DNA of 64,000 nucleotides from Bacteroidota bacterium (GTDB lineage Bacteria; Bacteroidota; Bacteroidia; Bacteroidales; FEN-979): NCBI GenBank assembly GCA_037133475.1, contig JBAXOB010000017.1, positions 5,092 to 69,091 of the forward strand, read 5' to 3'. Shown piece by piece: positions 56,501 to 64,000 of this stretch (position 1 is its first letter; each line of letters starts with the position of its first letter). The notes under the pieces were generated by a model. It saw only the letters and a program-made list of their open reading frames with translations, ran no database searches and was not told where the DNA came from. The position numbers and the translations under genes were made by a program.

Positions 56501-57021
56501 CCGTGCTCGACAACGACCGGGCTCATTCGATCATACTGAACGACTTTTTTGTACCCACCTTCAACTCCTACACCCGGGGCAAGGTTACCTATCCGTTCAG
56601 CAACCTGGCACCGGGCACCCATACGCTGAGCCTGAAGGCATGGGACCTGTTCGACAATTCATCGGTGAAGGAGATCTCCTTTACCGTTCCATCCGGTTCG
56701 ACGCTTACGGCCAGAAACGTGATGACCGCCCCAAACCCGATGTCGGACCATACCCGCTTCGTATTTCAGACCGACCAGCTTAACTTTACCGGGATCCTGG
56801 TAACCATTCATATTTTCAACCTCCAGGGAACCTGTGTCCGCACGCTGTCGGCCGACCTTACCGGGCCAACGGCTTCGGCCACCACTTCACAACTTTCGTG
56901 GGATGGAACCGATTCGAACGGGCAAAGGCTTTCAAACGGGGTTTATCCCTATAAAATAATTTTTGCCGGGAAGAACGGAAGTTATACCGAAACTTCCCAG
57001 AAACTGGTGATTATCCGGTAA
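53590..57021 (+). CDS. porU: PorU paralog, copy 2 (C25 gingipain-like T9SS sortase)
   Basis: TGHWYKLAVTGKGIHRITYDDLRSMGI, YLLLFGDGSYDPKN, NYTGHGGEAGW and PVFVTATCEFSRFDNP, with a CTD-like end TAPNPMSDHTRFVF...GVYPYKIIF...KLVIIR. It starts 10 nt after the copy 1 stop. An alternative start Met lies 6 codons downstream. Confidence 0.85.
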   Translation: MQTMRTMFRKRIFILAVLLLPAMIFAALPHKTSSVLATGHWYKLAVTGKGIHRITYDDLRSMGIAPGTLDVTKLRLFGNGSGMLPETNSITRTDDLREIAIQVADGGDGHFDPTDYILFYGEDADKWGYEGFNKFFSHTRNLYSDTTYYFLNTDLAAGRRVQVQPAITSAANYLSGRFDDYQLHDLDLLNLIKSGKDWYGEFFDNIKNSWDFPFNFPNADSTSPAKLRTYVAANASVPSYFIVSQHGKKIDSLKVDSSNPAEFTQIGFSKIKQTSIPNPHPDQTINLTYRLPDVNSHGWLNSIEINCPRYLKWVTPQMPFRDLTSIGAGKITEFSMQNANPAVRVWDVTNPVSTREMGTSLSGGILKFRQFTDSLHEFIAFDGSMYLPVKCLGEVPNQNLHADGVVDLVIVTHPLFLVQAERLAEFHRQHNKLGVKVVTSTQIYNEFSCGQPDPTAIRDYMKLIYDKAAAGTPPRYLLLFGDGSYDPKNRVPGNNNMIPTFQSLESLNTTKTFVTDDYFGIMGDNFGQEANGKIDLGIGRLPVSDTTQARTMVDKIIHYSSGVYPVQADWRNTMTFVADDENNNLHLNQAEELTTIVGTKYPLFNVNKIYFDAYKLVEIPGGSRFPDANAAINSAVAKGSLIINYTGHGGEAGWSFEQALTTADINAWDNFDKLPVFVTATCEFSRFDNPERFTAGEMVILHPNGGAIALYSTTRLAFAGLNILLDTSFFRHLRDRAADGQYVKMGDLIRISKNNNNNNFQLRNFVLLGDPAQAIAFSDYDIITDSINGASAGHLDTVRGLSTVTVKGRVQNVSGQKVTSFDGIVNCKVFDKPMINTTLGNRPGPDGSYPEEFTLQNSVLFQGDVPVKSGAFQFSFVVPRGISLQFGKGKLSYYAYNNDADASGYCDKIVIGGKDPAQSPENQGPDIGLWLNDHSFHSGANTLPSPVMLAELYDTNGINSFGLGIGHEIEAVLDNDRAHSIILNDFFVPTFNSYTRGKVTYPFSNLAPGTHTLSLKAWDLFDNSSVKEISFTVPSGSTLTARNVMTAPNPMSDHTRFVFQTDQLNFTGILVTIHIFNLQGTCVRTLSADLTGPTASATTSQLSWDGTDSNGQRLSNGVYPYKIIFAGKNGSYTETSQKLVIIR

Positions 57022-57080
57022 AAAGCTGCCTGTAATAGTTGTAATTTTAACATGAAGCAATATCCATCAAGTATCAGCGT

Positions 57081-57088
57081 TATTTTTG
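57081..57088 (+). promoter_or_regulatory. Candidate -7 promoter box (TATTTTTG) for porV
   Basis: Exact TAnnTTTG match 38 nt upstream of the porV ATG. No well-spaced -33 TTTG was seen. Confidence 0.3.
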
Positions 57089-57126
57089 CTACCTTATAAA
57101 AAAAATTAAATCTTATATTTCAACCG

Positions 57127-58356
57127 ATGAAGATCCGATTATTATTCTTTTTTGCCTGCGCGATTGTGATGACCAGAAGCTTTGGACAGGGTACCGAACC
57201 AGCTGACGGAAGCCGCGTTATCTCTACTGCTGTTCCATTTGTTTCGATTTCGCCTGACGCCCGGGCAGGGGGGATGGGAAACGTTGGCGCTGCAACCAGT
57301 CCCGATGCCTATTCCATGTTCTGGAACCCGGCTAAATATGCCTTTATTGATAAAACTTTCGGGGTTGCGGTCGGGTATGTGCCATGGCTTCATGCCCTGG
57401 TAGGCGATATCGGGTTGGGTTCAGTTGCCGGTTTCTGGAAAATCGGCGACAAACAGGCAATTGCTGCAACCATGCGCTATTTTACACTTGGATCTGTCGA
57501 CTTTACAGATGATAACGGGAACTTCATTGCCAGCGTGAAACCAAACGAATGGGCGGTTGATGCCACCTATTCGCGCAAGTTTTCACGTGAATTTTCGGGC
57601 GCCGTTGCCGGCCGGTTCATCTACTCAAACCTGGTACCCCTGGGTACCGCCAGTAACCTGAGTGTCAGGCCGGGCACCTCGATTGCCGCCGATGTGGCCA
57701 TCTATTACCATCATATCATGGATGTGAAGGGAATTTCGGGAGCCTCCATCGATTTTGGTCTCAACATCTCCAATATCGGCCAGAAGATGTCGTACAGCAG
57801 CGTTAAAACGGTCACCGATTTTATTCCTACCACCCTCCGCCTGGGCCCCTCCTTCTCCATGGACATTGATGATTATAACAAGGTGTCGTTTGCCCTTGAT
57901 CTGAGCAAACTGCTTGTTCCGACACCTCCCGTATACCTGAAGAATCACACGGGTGCCTCTGACAGCATCAGCTCAAGCGGTAACAGAATCGTTCAATATG
58001 GCAAAGACCCGGATGTTTCGGTTGTTAAGGGAATGATACAGTCGTTTTATGACGCTCCTTACGGATTCAAGGAAGAACTGCAGGAGATCGACCTCTCGTT
58101 TGCTGCCGAGTACTGGTACAACAAACTTTTCTCGGTTCGCGCCGGTTATTTCTATGAATCAAAATACAAGGGCGACCGCCAGTTTTTTACCCTGGGCGCC
58201 GGCTTGAGATATAACGTGTTCGGGCTGGACTTTTCCTATCTGGTGCCTGTGAAAAGCAACAACCCTCTGCAAAATACGCTTCAGTTTACCCTCCATTTCA
58301 ACTTCGACCAGACAAAGAAGACCCAGGGAGAAAAAGAGACCGGCGGAACCAATTAG
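57127..58356 (+). CDS. porV: T9SS outer-membrane shuttle protein PorV (LptO)
   Basis: ISTAVPFVSISPDARAGGMGNVGAATSPDAYSMFWNPAKYAF is the hallmark N-terminal PorV block. The 409-aa protein has a beta-barrel-like composition ending ...LQFTLHFNF. Confidence 0.85.
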   Translation: MKIRLLFFFACAIVMTRSFGQGTEPADGSRVISTAVPFVSISPDARAGGMGNVGAATSPDAYSMFWNPAKYAFIDKTFGVAVGYVPWLHALVGDIGLGSVAGFWKIGDKQAIAATMRYFTLGSVDFTDDNGNFIASVKPNEWAVDATYSRKFSREFSGAVAGRFIYSNLVPLGTASNLSVRPGTSIAADVAIYYHHIMDVKGISGASIDFGLNISNIGQKMSYSSVKTVTDFIPTTLRLGPSFSMDIDDYNKVSFALDLSKLLVPTPPVYLKNHTGASDSISSSGNRIVQYGKDPDVSVVKGMIQSFYDAPYGFKEELQEIDLSFAAEYWYNKLFSVRAGYFYESKYKGDRQFFTLGAGLRYNVFGLDFSYLVPVKSNNPLQNTLQFTLHFNFDQTKKTQGEKETGGTN

Positions 58357-58383
58357 TTCCTCCATTCCATTACACATTCCTTT

Positions 58384-58860
58384 ATGTTCAGGATCGGCTT
58401 CGGCTTCGATACACACCCGCTTGAAACCGGCCATGATTTCTGGCTGGGAGGGGTGAAGATACTTCACGCCAGGGGTGCTGCCGGCCATTCGGATGCCGAT
58501 GCCCTCATTCACGCCATCATTGATGCGTTGCTGGGAGCGGCCGGTCTGCGGGATATCGGCAGCCAGTTCCCCGACCAGGCAGCAGAATTCAAGGGGATCG
58601 ACAGCAAGGTACTGCTTGCAAGGACGATGGACATGATCCTTGAGAAGGGATTCAACATCGGGAATATCGACTCCACCGTGGTGCTCCAGGCGCCCAAAAT
58701 AAACCCCTATGTCCCCTCCATGACCGAAACCCTTGCATCCGTCATGAAAATCGGAACCGACCGGCTCTCAATTAAGGCGAAAACGAGTGAGAAACTTGGA
58801 TTTATCGGGAGGGAAGAGGGAATTTCAGCCTATGCCGTGGTGTTGCTGGAAAAACGTTAG
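58384..58860 (+). CDS. ispF: 2-C-methyl-D-erythritol 2,4-cyclodiphosphate synthase
   Basis: FRIGFGFDTHPL, GHSDADALIHAIIDALLGA and a length of 158 aa. Confidence 0.9.
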   Translation: MFRIGFGFDTHPLETGHDFWLGGVKILHARGAAGHSDADALIHAIIDALLGAAGLRDIGSQFPDQAAEFKGIDSKVLLARTMDMILEKGFNIGNIDSTVVLQAPKINPYVPSMTETLASVMKIGTDRLSIKAKTSEKLGFIGREEGISAYAVVLLEKR

Positions 58861-58937
58861 ACATGACAACTGGCGGAATTTCCCGTGACGCTTAACCACC
58901 TGCCTGTAGCGTATCGCTCACGCCCAGATGAACACAG

Positions 58938-60788
58938 CTACCTGGTATTGTCCCTGGTTCCGTAAATTTTAATCCTGAAGTCATCGATCAGCAGTGGTTT
59001 TTTCCCGGTGGTCCAGATATAGATTTTCAGGATCCCGGCAGGATTGCCGATTTCGGGTGTCATCAGCGAAAAGGAGATCTTTCTCCATTGCCTGATGGTT
59101 TGCACCGGAACATCATTGAGGCGGAAGCCCTGCCACCAGTTTTCTCCCGGTGTGATCGAATCCATGCTCAGCACGACCATGGCCGTATTACTGGCGCCCT
59201 TCACGCTGTCCCATACCATGAGGTCGCCCTCCACGTACAAGGAGCCCGGGAACTTACCCAACTGGGAGGCCCTGATCGAAACGCCCGAGCTGAACTGGTT
59301 TAACGAATCAAGATAGCCTGTTTTTTTACCCGAAAAGGCGGCTGGCGTTGAAACCGCCGTCAGGTTTTTCCAGTTTCCAGGTTTTGTTTCGAAATTGTTG
59401 AACAGTACTTTTACGGGATGCACCTGGTCGATATTGTAATCGGCAATCTCCTGGTTCCCGCCAAGGCTATAGACCGCCGCTGAATCGGTTCGCAGGAAGA
59501 CCGACTGGTATTTTTCCCGGTTCATGCTGTTGGGCTGGATCACCATATGGGTATATTGCCAGGTCTGCAGGAGGTTGAACAGGGCAAGCACCGCAAGCAT
59601 GGAGACAAATCCGGCCAATGCCGGCCTAAAGCGGACTGTGTTCAGCAAAAGAGCCAGCAGGATTGCAAAAATGCCGTAGTAATCGATAAAGGCGCGCAAT
59701 CCAAACCCGTCGCCGTAATACCAGTTCCACCAGCTGGCGATGATGAACAGGGCGGTTGCCAGGAACAGGGCCATGCTGAAGAATTGCAGCCGGTTTCTGA
59801 CCAGCAGGATGACCAGCCCGCCAAGCGAAACCAGGATCAGGGGAGTATAGACAAAGAGCCCCTTGCGATAGCTGAATAACACATTCATGAACTCCGGCGA
59901 GAAAAAGCGGAAACCTTCGTGCCGGTACGACCACAGGAAAAAATTCCCTGTCTGGATATACCAGGCGGCCACCTGGATCAGCAGGATGGCGGAAACCAGC
60001 ATGAAAAACATCAGGGTCGCTCGTTTCCTCTTCCAGAACGACGTTATGAAAATCATCAGTTGTTCGCGGTTGCCTGCCAGGAACGGGATCAACAGGAGTA
60101 TGATTGAATTGGTAGGCCGGGTCAGCACCGTCAGTCCGAAAAACAGCCCCGCAAAGAGAGCGTTTTTTGTGTTCCACTCCCGCGTTGCCCGAATGGAAAA
60201 CCACATAAACCCATTGATCAGGAAAAAGGAGTATACATGCGACATGGTGGGTTGCCACAGTGAATAGTAAAAGAGGTTGGTGCCCAGCAGGATCAGGATG
60301 ATGGCCAGGAATGCAATTTCCTGCCGGATGCGCAGGTGGCCGAGGATTTGCAACAGGTAGGTGAGCCCCAGAAGGAGGTAAAACAGGGCTCCCAGCCCGG
60401 CAAACAGCTGGAAGAAGAAGGAATAGCCGTCGATTTCCATCCCGAAAATCCACGAGAAAAGCGTTCCTGCCAGGAAAAAGGGCAGCAGTAATACGGCTTC
60501 ACCCGTGAAATATTTATTGAAGATGAGTTTGCCCGATTTTTCGAGGTAGCCTGGTTTGTATTTCCGGTAACTGAGCAGTTTCGTTTCACGTTTCACCACG
60601 GTTGAAAAGGTCGGGTCGTGATCGAGGAGCAGGGCAGGGAGATAGGCGTAGTAGCCGCGTCCATCGCTGGTAACAATGTGTTTCCACCCCGGTGCGCCGT
60701 CGTTGAAGATGCGCATGTTCACGAAAAATGCCAGGAGAAAACAACCCAGGCACAGGATAAGGGTACGTGATCGGTTACCGGCAGACAT
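58938..60788 (-). CDS. Polytopic inner-membrane protein, possible GT-C-type (ArnT/PMT-like) glycosyltransferase, with ~190-aa C-terminal soluble domain
   Basis: 616 aa with more than 10 hydrophobic spans. The first-loop motif DGRGYYAYLPALLLDHD resembles GT-C family loops. The function is tentative. Confidence 0.6.
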   Translation of the reverse strand: MSAGNRSRTLILCLGCFLLAFFVNMRIFNDGAPGWKHIVTSDGRGYYAYLPALLLDHDPTFSTVVKRETKLLSYRKYKPGYLEKSGKLIFNKYFTGEAVLLLPFFLAGTLFSWIFGMEIDGYSFFFQLFAGLGALFYLLLGLTYLLQILGHLRIRQEIAFLAIILILLGTNLFYYSLWQPTMSHVYSFFLINGFMWFSIRATREWNTKNALFAGLFFGLTVLTRPTNSIILLLIPFLAGNREQLMIFITSFWKRKRATLMFFMLVSAILLIQVAAWYIQTGNFFLWSYRHEGFRFFSPEFMNVLFSYRKGLFVYTPLILVSLGGLVILLVRNRLQFFSMALFLATALFIIASWWNWYYGDGFGLRAFIDYYGIFAILLALLLNTVRFRPALAGFVSMLAVLALFNLLQTWQYTHMVIQPNSMNREKYQSVFLRTDSAAVYSLGGNQEIADYNIDQVHPVKVLFNNFETKPGNWKNLTAVSTPAAFSGKKTGYLDSLNQFSSGVSIRASQLGKFPGSLYVEGDLMVWDSVKGASNTAMVVLSMDSITPGENWWQGFRLNDVPVQTIRQWRKISFSLMTPEIGNPAGILKIYIWTTGKKPLLIDDFRIKIYGTRDNTR

Positions 60789-60851
60789 GTTGGTTAAATC
60801 AGGATTTATCCTTCGCGATCATTGAAGGCTCAAATTTAGACAAGTTATCTA

Positions 60852-60883
60852 TTTGGTAGTATGATTTATTTGTCGTATTTTTG
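60852..60883 (+). promoter_or_regulatory. Bacteroidota sigma-A type promoter for rpsF-rpsR-rplI
   Basis: TTTG (60852-60855), a 20-nt spacer, then TATTTTTG (60876-60883). This matches the TTTG-N19-21-TAnnTTTG consensus and ends 44 nt upstream of the rpsF ATG. Confidence 0.55.
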
Positions 60884-60927
60884 CAGTCCTTTTTAAAAAA
60901 TCATAAATTAATTAAAATCAACGAGAA

Positions 60928-61281
60928 ATGCTAAAACAGTACGAAACCGTTTTCATTATGACTCCCGTTTTGTCTGATGAACAGATGAAGGAAACGGTAG
61001 AAAAGTATCAGAAATTCCTCGTCAGCAAAGGTGCTGAGATAGTTCACGAGGACAATTGGGGGTTGCGGAAGCTCGCCTATCCCATCCAGAAAAAGTCAAC
61101 AGGGTTCTATCATCTGATTGAATTCAAAGCTGAACCGACGCTGATTAAAGAATGGGAAGTGACCTTTAAACGTGATGAGCGGATCCTCCGCTTTTTAACG
61201 GTGGTTTTTGACAAGCACATGCTCGCCTACAGCGAGAAGAAACGTGCCCGGTCGAAGGCCGCAAAGGAAGTAAAAGAATAG
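60928..61281 (+). CDS. rpsF: 30S ribosomal protein S6
   Basis: MLKQYETVFIMTPVLSDEQ and WGLRKLAYPIQKKSTGFYHLIEF. Confidence 0.95.
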   Translation: MLKQYETVFIMTPVLSDEQMKETVEKYQKFLVSKGAEIVHEDNWGLRKLAYPIQKKSTGFYHLIEFKAEPTLIKEWEVTFKRDERILRFLTVVFDKHMLAYSEKKRARSKAAKEVKE

Positions 61282-61305
61282 TAACCATCCAAAAAGAGTC
61301 TGATC

Positions 61306-61578
61306 ATGGCAACACAACAACAAGGAGAGATCAAGTATCTGACCCCGATAGCGGTCGATACCAAAAGAAAAAAATATTGCCGTTTCAAGAAAAGCGGTAT
61401 TAAATATATTGATTATAAGGATGCTGACTTTCTGCTGAAGTTCGTCAACGAACAGGGCAAACTGCTTCCCCGCCGTATCACCGGTACCTCTACCAAGTAC
61501 CAGCGGAAAGTAGCACAGGCAGTAAAACGGGCCAGGCACATTGCGCTTATGCCCTATGTAGGAGATTTATTAAAATAA
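61306..61578 (+). CDS. rpsR: 30S ribosomal protein S18
   Basis: [18 protein letters not shown] and [33 protein letters not shown]. Confidence 0.95.
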   Translation: MATQQQGEIKYLTPIAVDTKRKKYCRFKKSGIKYIDYKDADFLLKFVNEQGKLLPRRITGTSTKYQRKVAQAVKRARHIALMPYVGDLLK

Positions 61579-61591
61579 GGAGGCAGGAACC

Positions 61592-62041
61592 ATGGAAGTA
61601 ATTTTAAAACAAGACGTCCTCAACCTGGGCTATACCAACGAGAAGGTAAGTGTAAAGCCCGGTTATGCAAGGAATTATCTTATTCCCCAAAAGATTGCCA
61701 TTCTGGCCACCGAGTCGAATAAAAAAATCCTGGCGGAGACCCTGAAGCAAAAGGCTCACAAAGAGGCCAAGATCAGGAAATCGGCCGAAGATTTATCCGA
61801 AGGCCTGAAGGGGCTGACGGTCAGGATAGGCGCGAAGGCTGCCGAAAGCGGAAAGATCTTCGGATCTGTCAACGCCATCCAGGTAGCCCAGGCTCTGAAA
61901 GAACAGTTTGATTTCGATGTGGACCGCAAGAAGATCCATGTTGATCATGAACATATCAAGGAACTGGGAACCTACAAGGCAAAGATCCATCTCCACAAAG
62001 AGGTGCAGGTTGAAATCAACCTTGAAGTTTTTGCCGAGTAA
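61592..62041 (+). CDS. rplI: 50S ribosomal protein L9
   Basis: MEVILKQDVLNLGYTNEKVSVKPGYARNYLIPQKIA. Confidence 0.95.
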   Translation: MEVILKQDVLNLGYTNEKVSVKPGYARNYLIPQKIAILATESNKKILAETLKQKAHKEAKIRKSAEDLSEGLKGLTVRIGAKAAESGKIFGSVNAIQVAQALKEQFDFDVDRKKIHVDHEHIKELGTYKAKIHLHKEVQVEINLEVFAE

Positions 62042-62065
62042 GACAACCGGAAAAGTTGTAATTTT

Positions 62066-62097
62066 ATCCCGGGATCTCAACGGTCCCGGGATTTTTT
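62066..62097 (+). terminator. Rho-independent terminator after rplI
   Basis: ATCCCGGGA (62066-62074) pairs with TCCCGGGAT (62084-62092), followed by TTTTTT. The T-run ends directly at the ATG of the next gene (62098). Confidence 0.7.
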
Positions 62098-62886
62098 ATG
62101 CTCTCACAAAACCAGGTCAAACATATATCAGCCCTCCGGGTTAAAAAATACCGCGAGGAGTTCAGCCAGTTCATTGCCGAAGGCCACAAACTGGTGACGG
62201 AGCTGATGAACAGCGACTTTTCCGTTGCAGGTATCTATGCCTCCTCGGAATGGATCGTTGCGAACCTCCCGCTGGTCAGGGAGAGGAATATTCCCGTGTT
62301 TGAAACCCTGCCCAGGGAGATGGAACGGATCACCGCCCTCGCAACGCCCAGCCCCGTCCTGGCGGTGGTGGAGATCGGGCCGGTGTCAGACCCGGTGGCG
62401 GATGGCAACGGTTCGCTGAAGGGGCTGAACCTGGCCCTCGACGACATCCGCGACCCCGGGAACATGGGTACCATCATCCGCATCGCCGACTGGTTTGGGA
62501 TCAGCGCCGTGTTTTGCTCCCCTTCGTGCGTGGAACTGTTCAATCCAAAGGTTGTCCAGGCAACCATGGGTTCGATCGCCCGGGTTCGCATGGTAAGCTG
62601 CAACCTGGCTGAACTGCTCGCTTCGCAGAGCGCCCGCCATGACGATTTCCCAATTTACGGCGCTTTCCTGGAGGGGGAGTCGCTTTATGCTCAACCCTTA
62701 GCCGATTGCGGGATTATCCTGATCGGCAATGAATCAAGGGGGATATCGGCTGAACTGGGCAGGTTTGTCAACCGGAAAATCTATATCCCTTCATTTGGCC
62801 CGTCGGATGCCGGCAAGGCGGAATCGCTCAATGCCTCCGTTGCTGCTGCCATTATCTGCGCTGAATTCAGGAGGAAAACGTTTTGA
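62098..62886 (+). CDS. TrmH/SpoU-family RNA 2'-O-methyltransferase
   Basis: DDIRDPGNMGTIIRIADWFG, LIGNESRGIS and ESLNASVAAAIICAEF (SPOUT motifs 1-3). Confidence 0.85.
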   Translation: MLSQNQVKHISALRVKKYREEFSQFIAEGHKLVTELMNSDFSVAGIYASSEWIVANLPLVRERNIPVFETLPREMERITALATPSPVLAVVEIGPVSDPVADGNGSLKGLNLALDDIRDPGNMGTIIRIADWFGISAVFCSPSCVELFNPKVVQATMGSIARVRMVSCNLAELLASQSARHDDFPIYGAFLEGESLYAQPLADCGIILIGNESRGISAELGRFVNRKIYIPSFGPSDAGKAESLNASVAAAIICAEFRRKTF

Positions 62887-62982
62887 TTGCAGATAATATG
62901 GAAATCTCCAGGGCAACCTGGTTTGATGATCATTCCCTTTACAATATTGATCAATCAGATGATATTTTAAGAATTGCGAAAA

Positions 62983-64000
62983 ATGGTGATCCGGATGTGT
63001 TACTTTTCAAGCCTCCTTTGCAGGAGGAAATTGGTTCAGGGGTTGTTTGCCCCACTGACTGCTTCACTGGTCGTTTTTTTCATCCTGGCATCGGCCTGTA
63101 CGGCGAGGGCTGTCAACGAAAACTGCTGTTATTATCCCTCCATTAAAACCATCCAGCTGTACAAGGAGGGATTTGAGATGTCGCCCCCGATCATCCAGCT
63201 GGATTCAAAGGAGCGGCTGAGGCTCTGCTTCGACGACCTGGACCAGGATATCAAGCGGTTTAAGTTTACCATAATTCACTGTGAAGCCGACTGGACCACC
63301 TCCACTGATCTTACGGTGGCGGATTATATCAACGGTTACCGTGAAGAGAATATCGACCAGGTCACCTATTCCTACAATACCACCGTTAAATACATCCATT
63401 TCAACGCCACCTTTCCCACGGCGAACATGCAGCCCAGGTTATCGGGCAATTACCTGCTGAAGGTCTATGAGGAAGACACCTCCAGGATCGTTTTTACCGC
63501 CCGGTTCATGATGGTTGAATCTTCGCCGGTGGTGGCCGAAGGGAACGTGGTGCAGGGAACTCGGATGGCCGACCGTAATGCCCGCCAGCAGGTTGACCTG
63601 CTGGTCAAGCTCAATGGCTTCCAGGTTTTCGATGTCGGGCACGAGGTCAGGGTGGTCGTGCAGCAAAACGGCCGTTGGGATAATGTGCTGAGGCTTTCAA
63701 AGCCCAGGTTTGCCCGTAGCGACGAACTCGACTACCGCTACGACGAAACGATCTCGTTTAACGGGGGAAACCAATTTCGCAATTTTGATACCAAAAGCCT
63801 TATCGCCCAGTCGGAGCGGATCTCCCGTATCGTGTTTGATACGGTTTATCACGTTTTCCTGCTAAACGACCAGCCACGCACCTTCAAGCAATATTCCTTT
63901 GAAAAGGACCTGAACGGAAAATACTTTATCAAAAATGAAGAATATGCCGAAAACAGCAGCACCGAGGCAGATTATACCTGGGTCCATTTCTTTTTGCCCT
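62983..64000 (+). CDS. DUF5103 / T9SS plug-like protein (5' part; ORF runs off the window)
   Basis: Found by manual translation of frame 1; it is absent from the ORF track because no stop lies in the window. The stop upstream is at 62968-62970 and the ATG is at 62983 (alternative 62995). The hydrophobic N-terminus LTASLVVFFILASACTARA is followed by IKTIQLYKEGFEMSPPIIQLDSKERLRLCFDDLDQDIKRFKFTIIHCEADW and SGNYLLKVYEED. I recall these as DUF5103 signatures. Confidence 0.6.
   Translation, partial: MVIRMCYFSSLLCRRKLVQGLFAPLTASLVVFFILASACTARAVNENCCYYPSIKTIQLYKEGFEMSPPIIQLDSKERLRLCFDDLDQDIKRFKFTIIHCEADWTTSTDLTVADYINGYREENIDQVTYSYNTTVKYIHFNATFPTANMQPRLSGNYLLKVYEEDTSRIVFTARFMMVESSPVVAEGNVVQGTRMADRNARQQVDLLVKLNGFQVFDVGHEVRVVVQQNGRWDNVLRLSKPRFARSDELDYRYDETISFNGGNQFRNFDTKSLIAQSERISRIVFDTVYHVFLLNDQPRTFKQYSFEKDLNGKYFIKNEEYAENSSTEADYTWVHFFLP

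Noticed and set aside
62883-63146. An 87-aa plus-strand ORF after the TrmH-family gene.
   Set aside because: It overlaps the start of the much longer DUF5103-like frame, which carries conserved motifs. The short ORF has no recognisable features.
1-64000. Mobile elements, integrases or recombinases that could drive variation of the giant-gene array.
   Set aside because: None of the ORFs shows transposase, integrase or invertase motifs. No terminal inverted repeats or tRNA-adjacent boundaries were seen. Variation, if any, is inferred to be homology-driven.

Overview
This is a chromosomal segment from a Bacteroidota-type genome. The evidence is T9SS C-terminal sorting domains, gldJ/porP/porU/porV genes and TTTG/TAnnTTTG promoter boxes. 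No rRNA, tRNA, CRISPR array, transposase or integrase was recognised by eye.

The window has two parts. (1) Positions 97-29062 hold a head-to-tail array of five giant minus-strand genes of 1114, 1978, 1858, 1306 and 2884 aa, about 27.4 kb or ~43% of the window. Each has its own signal peptide, and four have a clear terminator hairpin. All five end in the same module order: PKD-like repeat A, a variable number of B repeats, two more A repeats, a small Cys-containing GNQWYY module, then a type A T9SS C-terminal domain. Their N-terminal heads are unrelated: cohesin-like, two unknown folds, and MAM-like plus parallel beta-helix. Genes 3 and 4 share 1158 bp of perfect nucleotide identity that ends abruptly, which is a signature of recent gene conversion.

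(2) Positions 29.5-64 kb hold housekeeping genes: hldD, folC, anmK, murF, ispF, rpsF-rpsR-rplI and a TrmH-family methylase. This part also contains:
- futalosine-pathway genes (mqnB, mqnD and an MqnE/MqnC-type radical SAM enzyme followed by an orphan thiF-thiS pair);
- a T9SS-secreted C10 (streptopain-like) protein whose catalytic Cys and His both appear substituted, next to an intact lysyl-endopeptidase-like S1 protease;
- a T9SS machinery cluster gldJ - porP/sprF - porU - porU - porV with a tandem pair of PorU sortase paralogs;
- a partial DUF5103/T9SS-plug-like gene at the right edge.

The strongest candidates for new biology are the recombining giant-cargo array, the duplicated PorU sortase and the pseudo-C10 adhesin. 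All calls rest on reading the sequence and on recalled family signatures. No database search was run.
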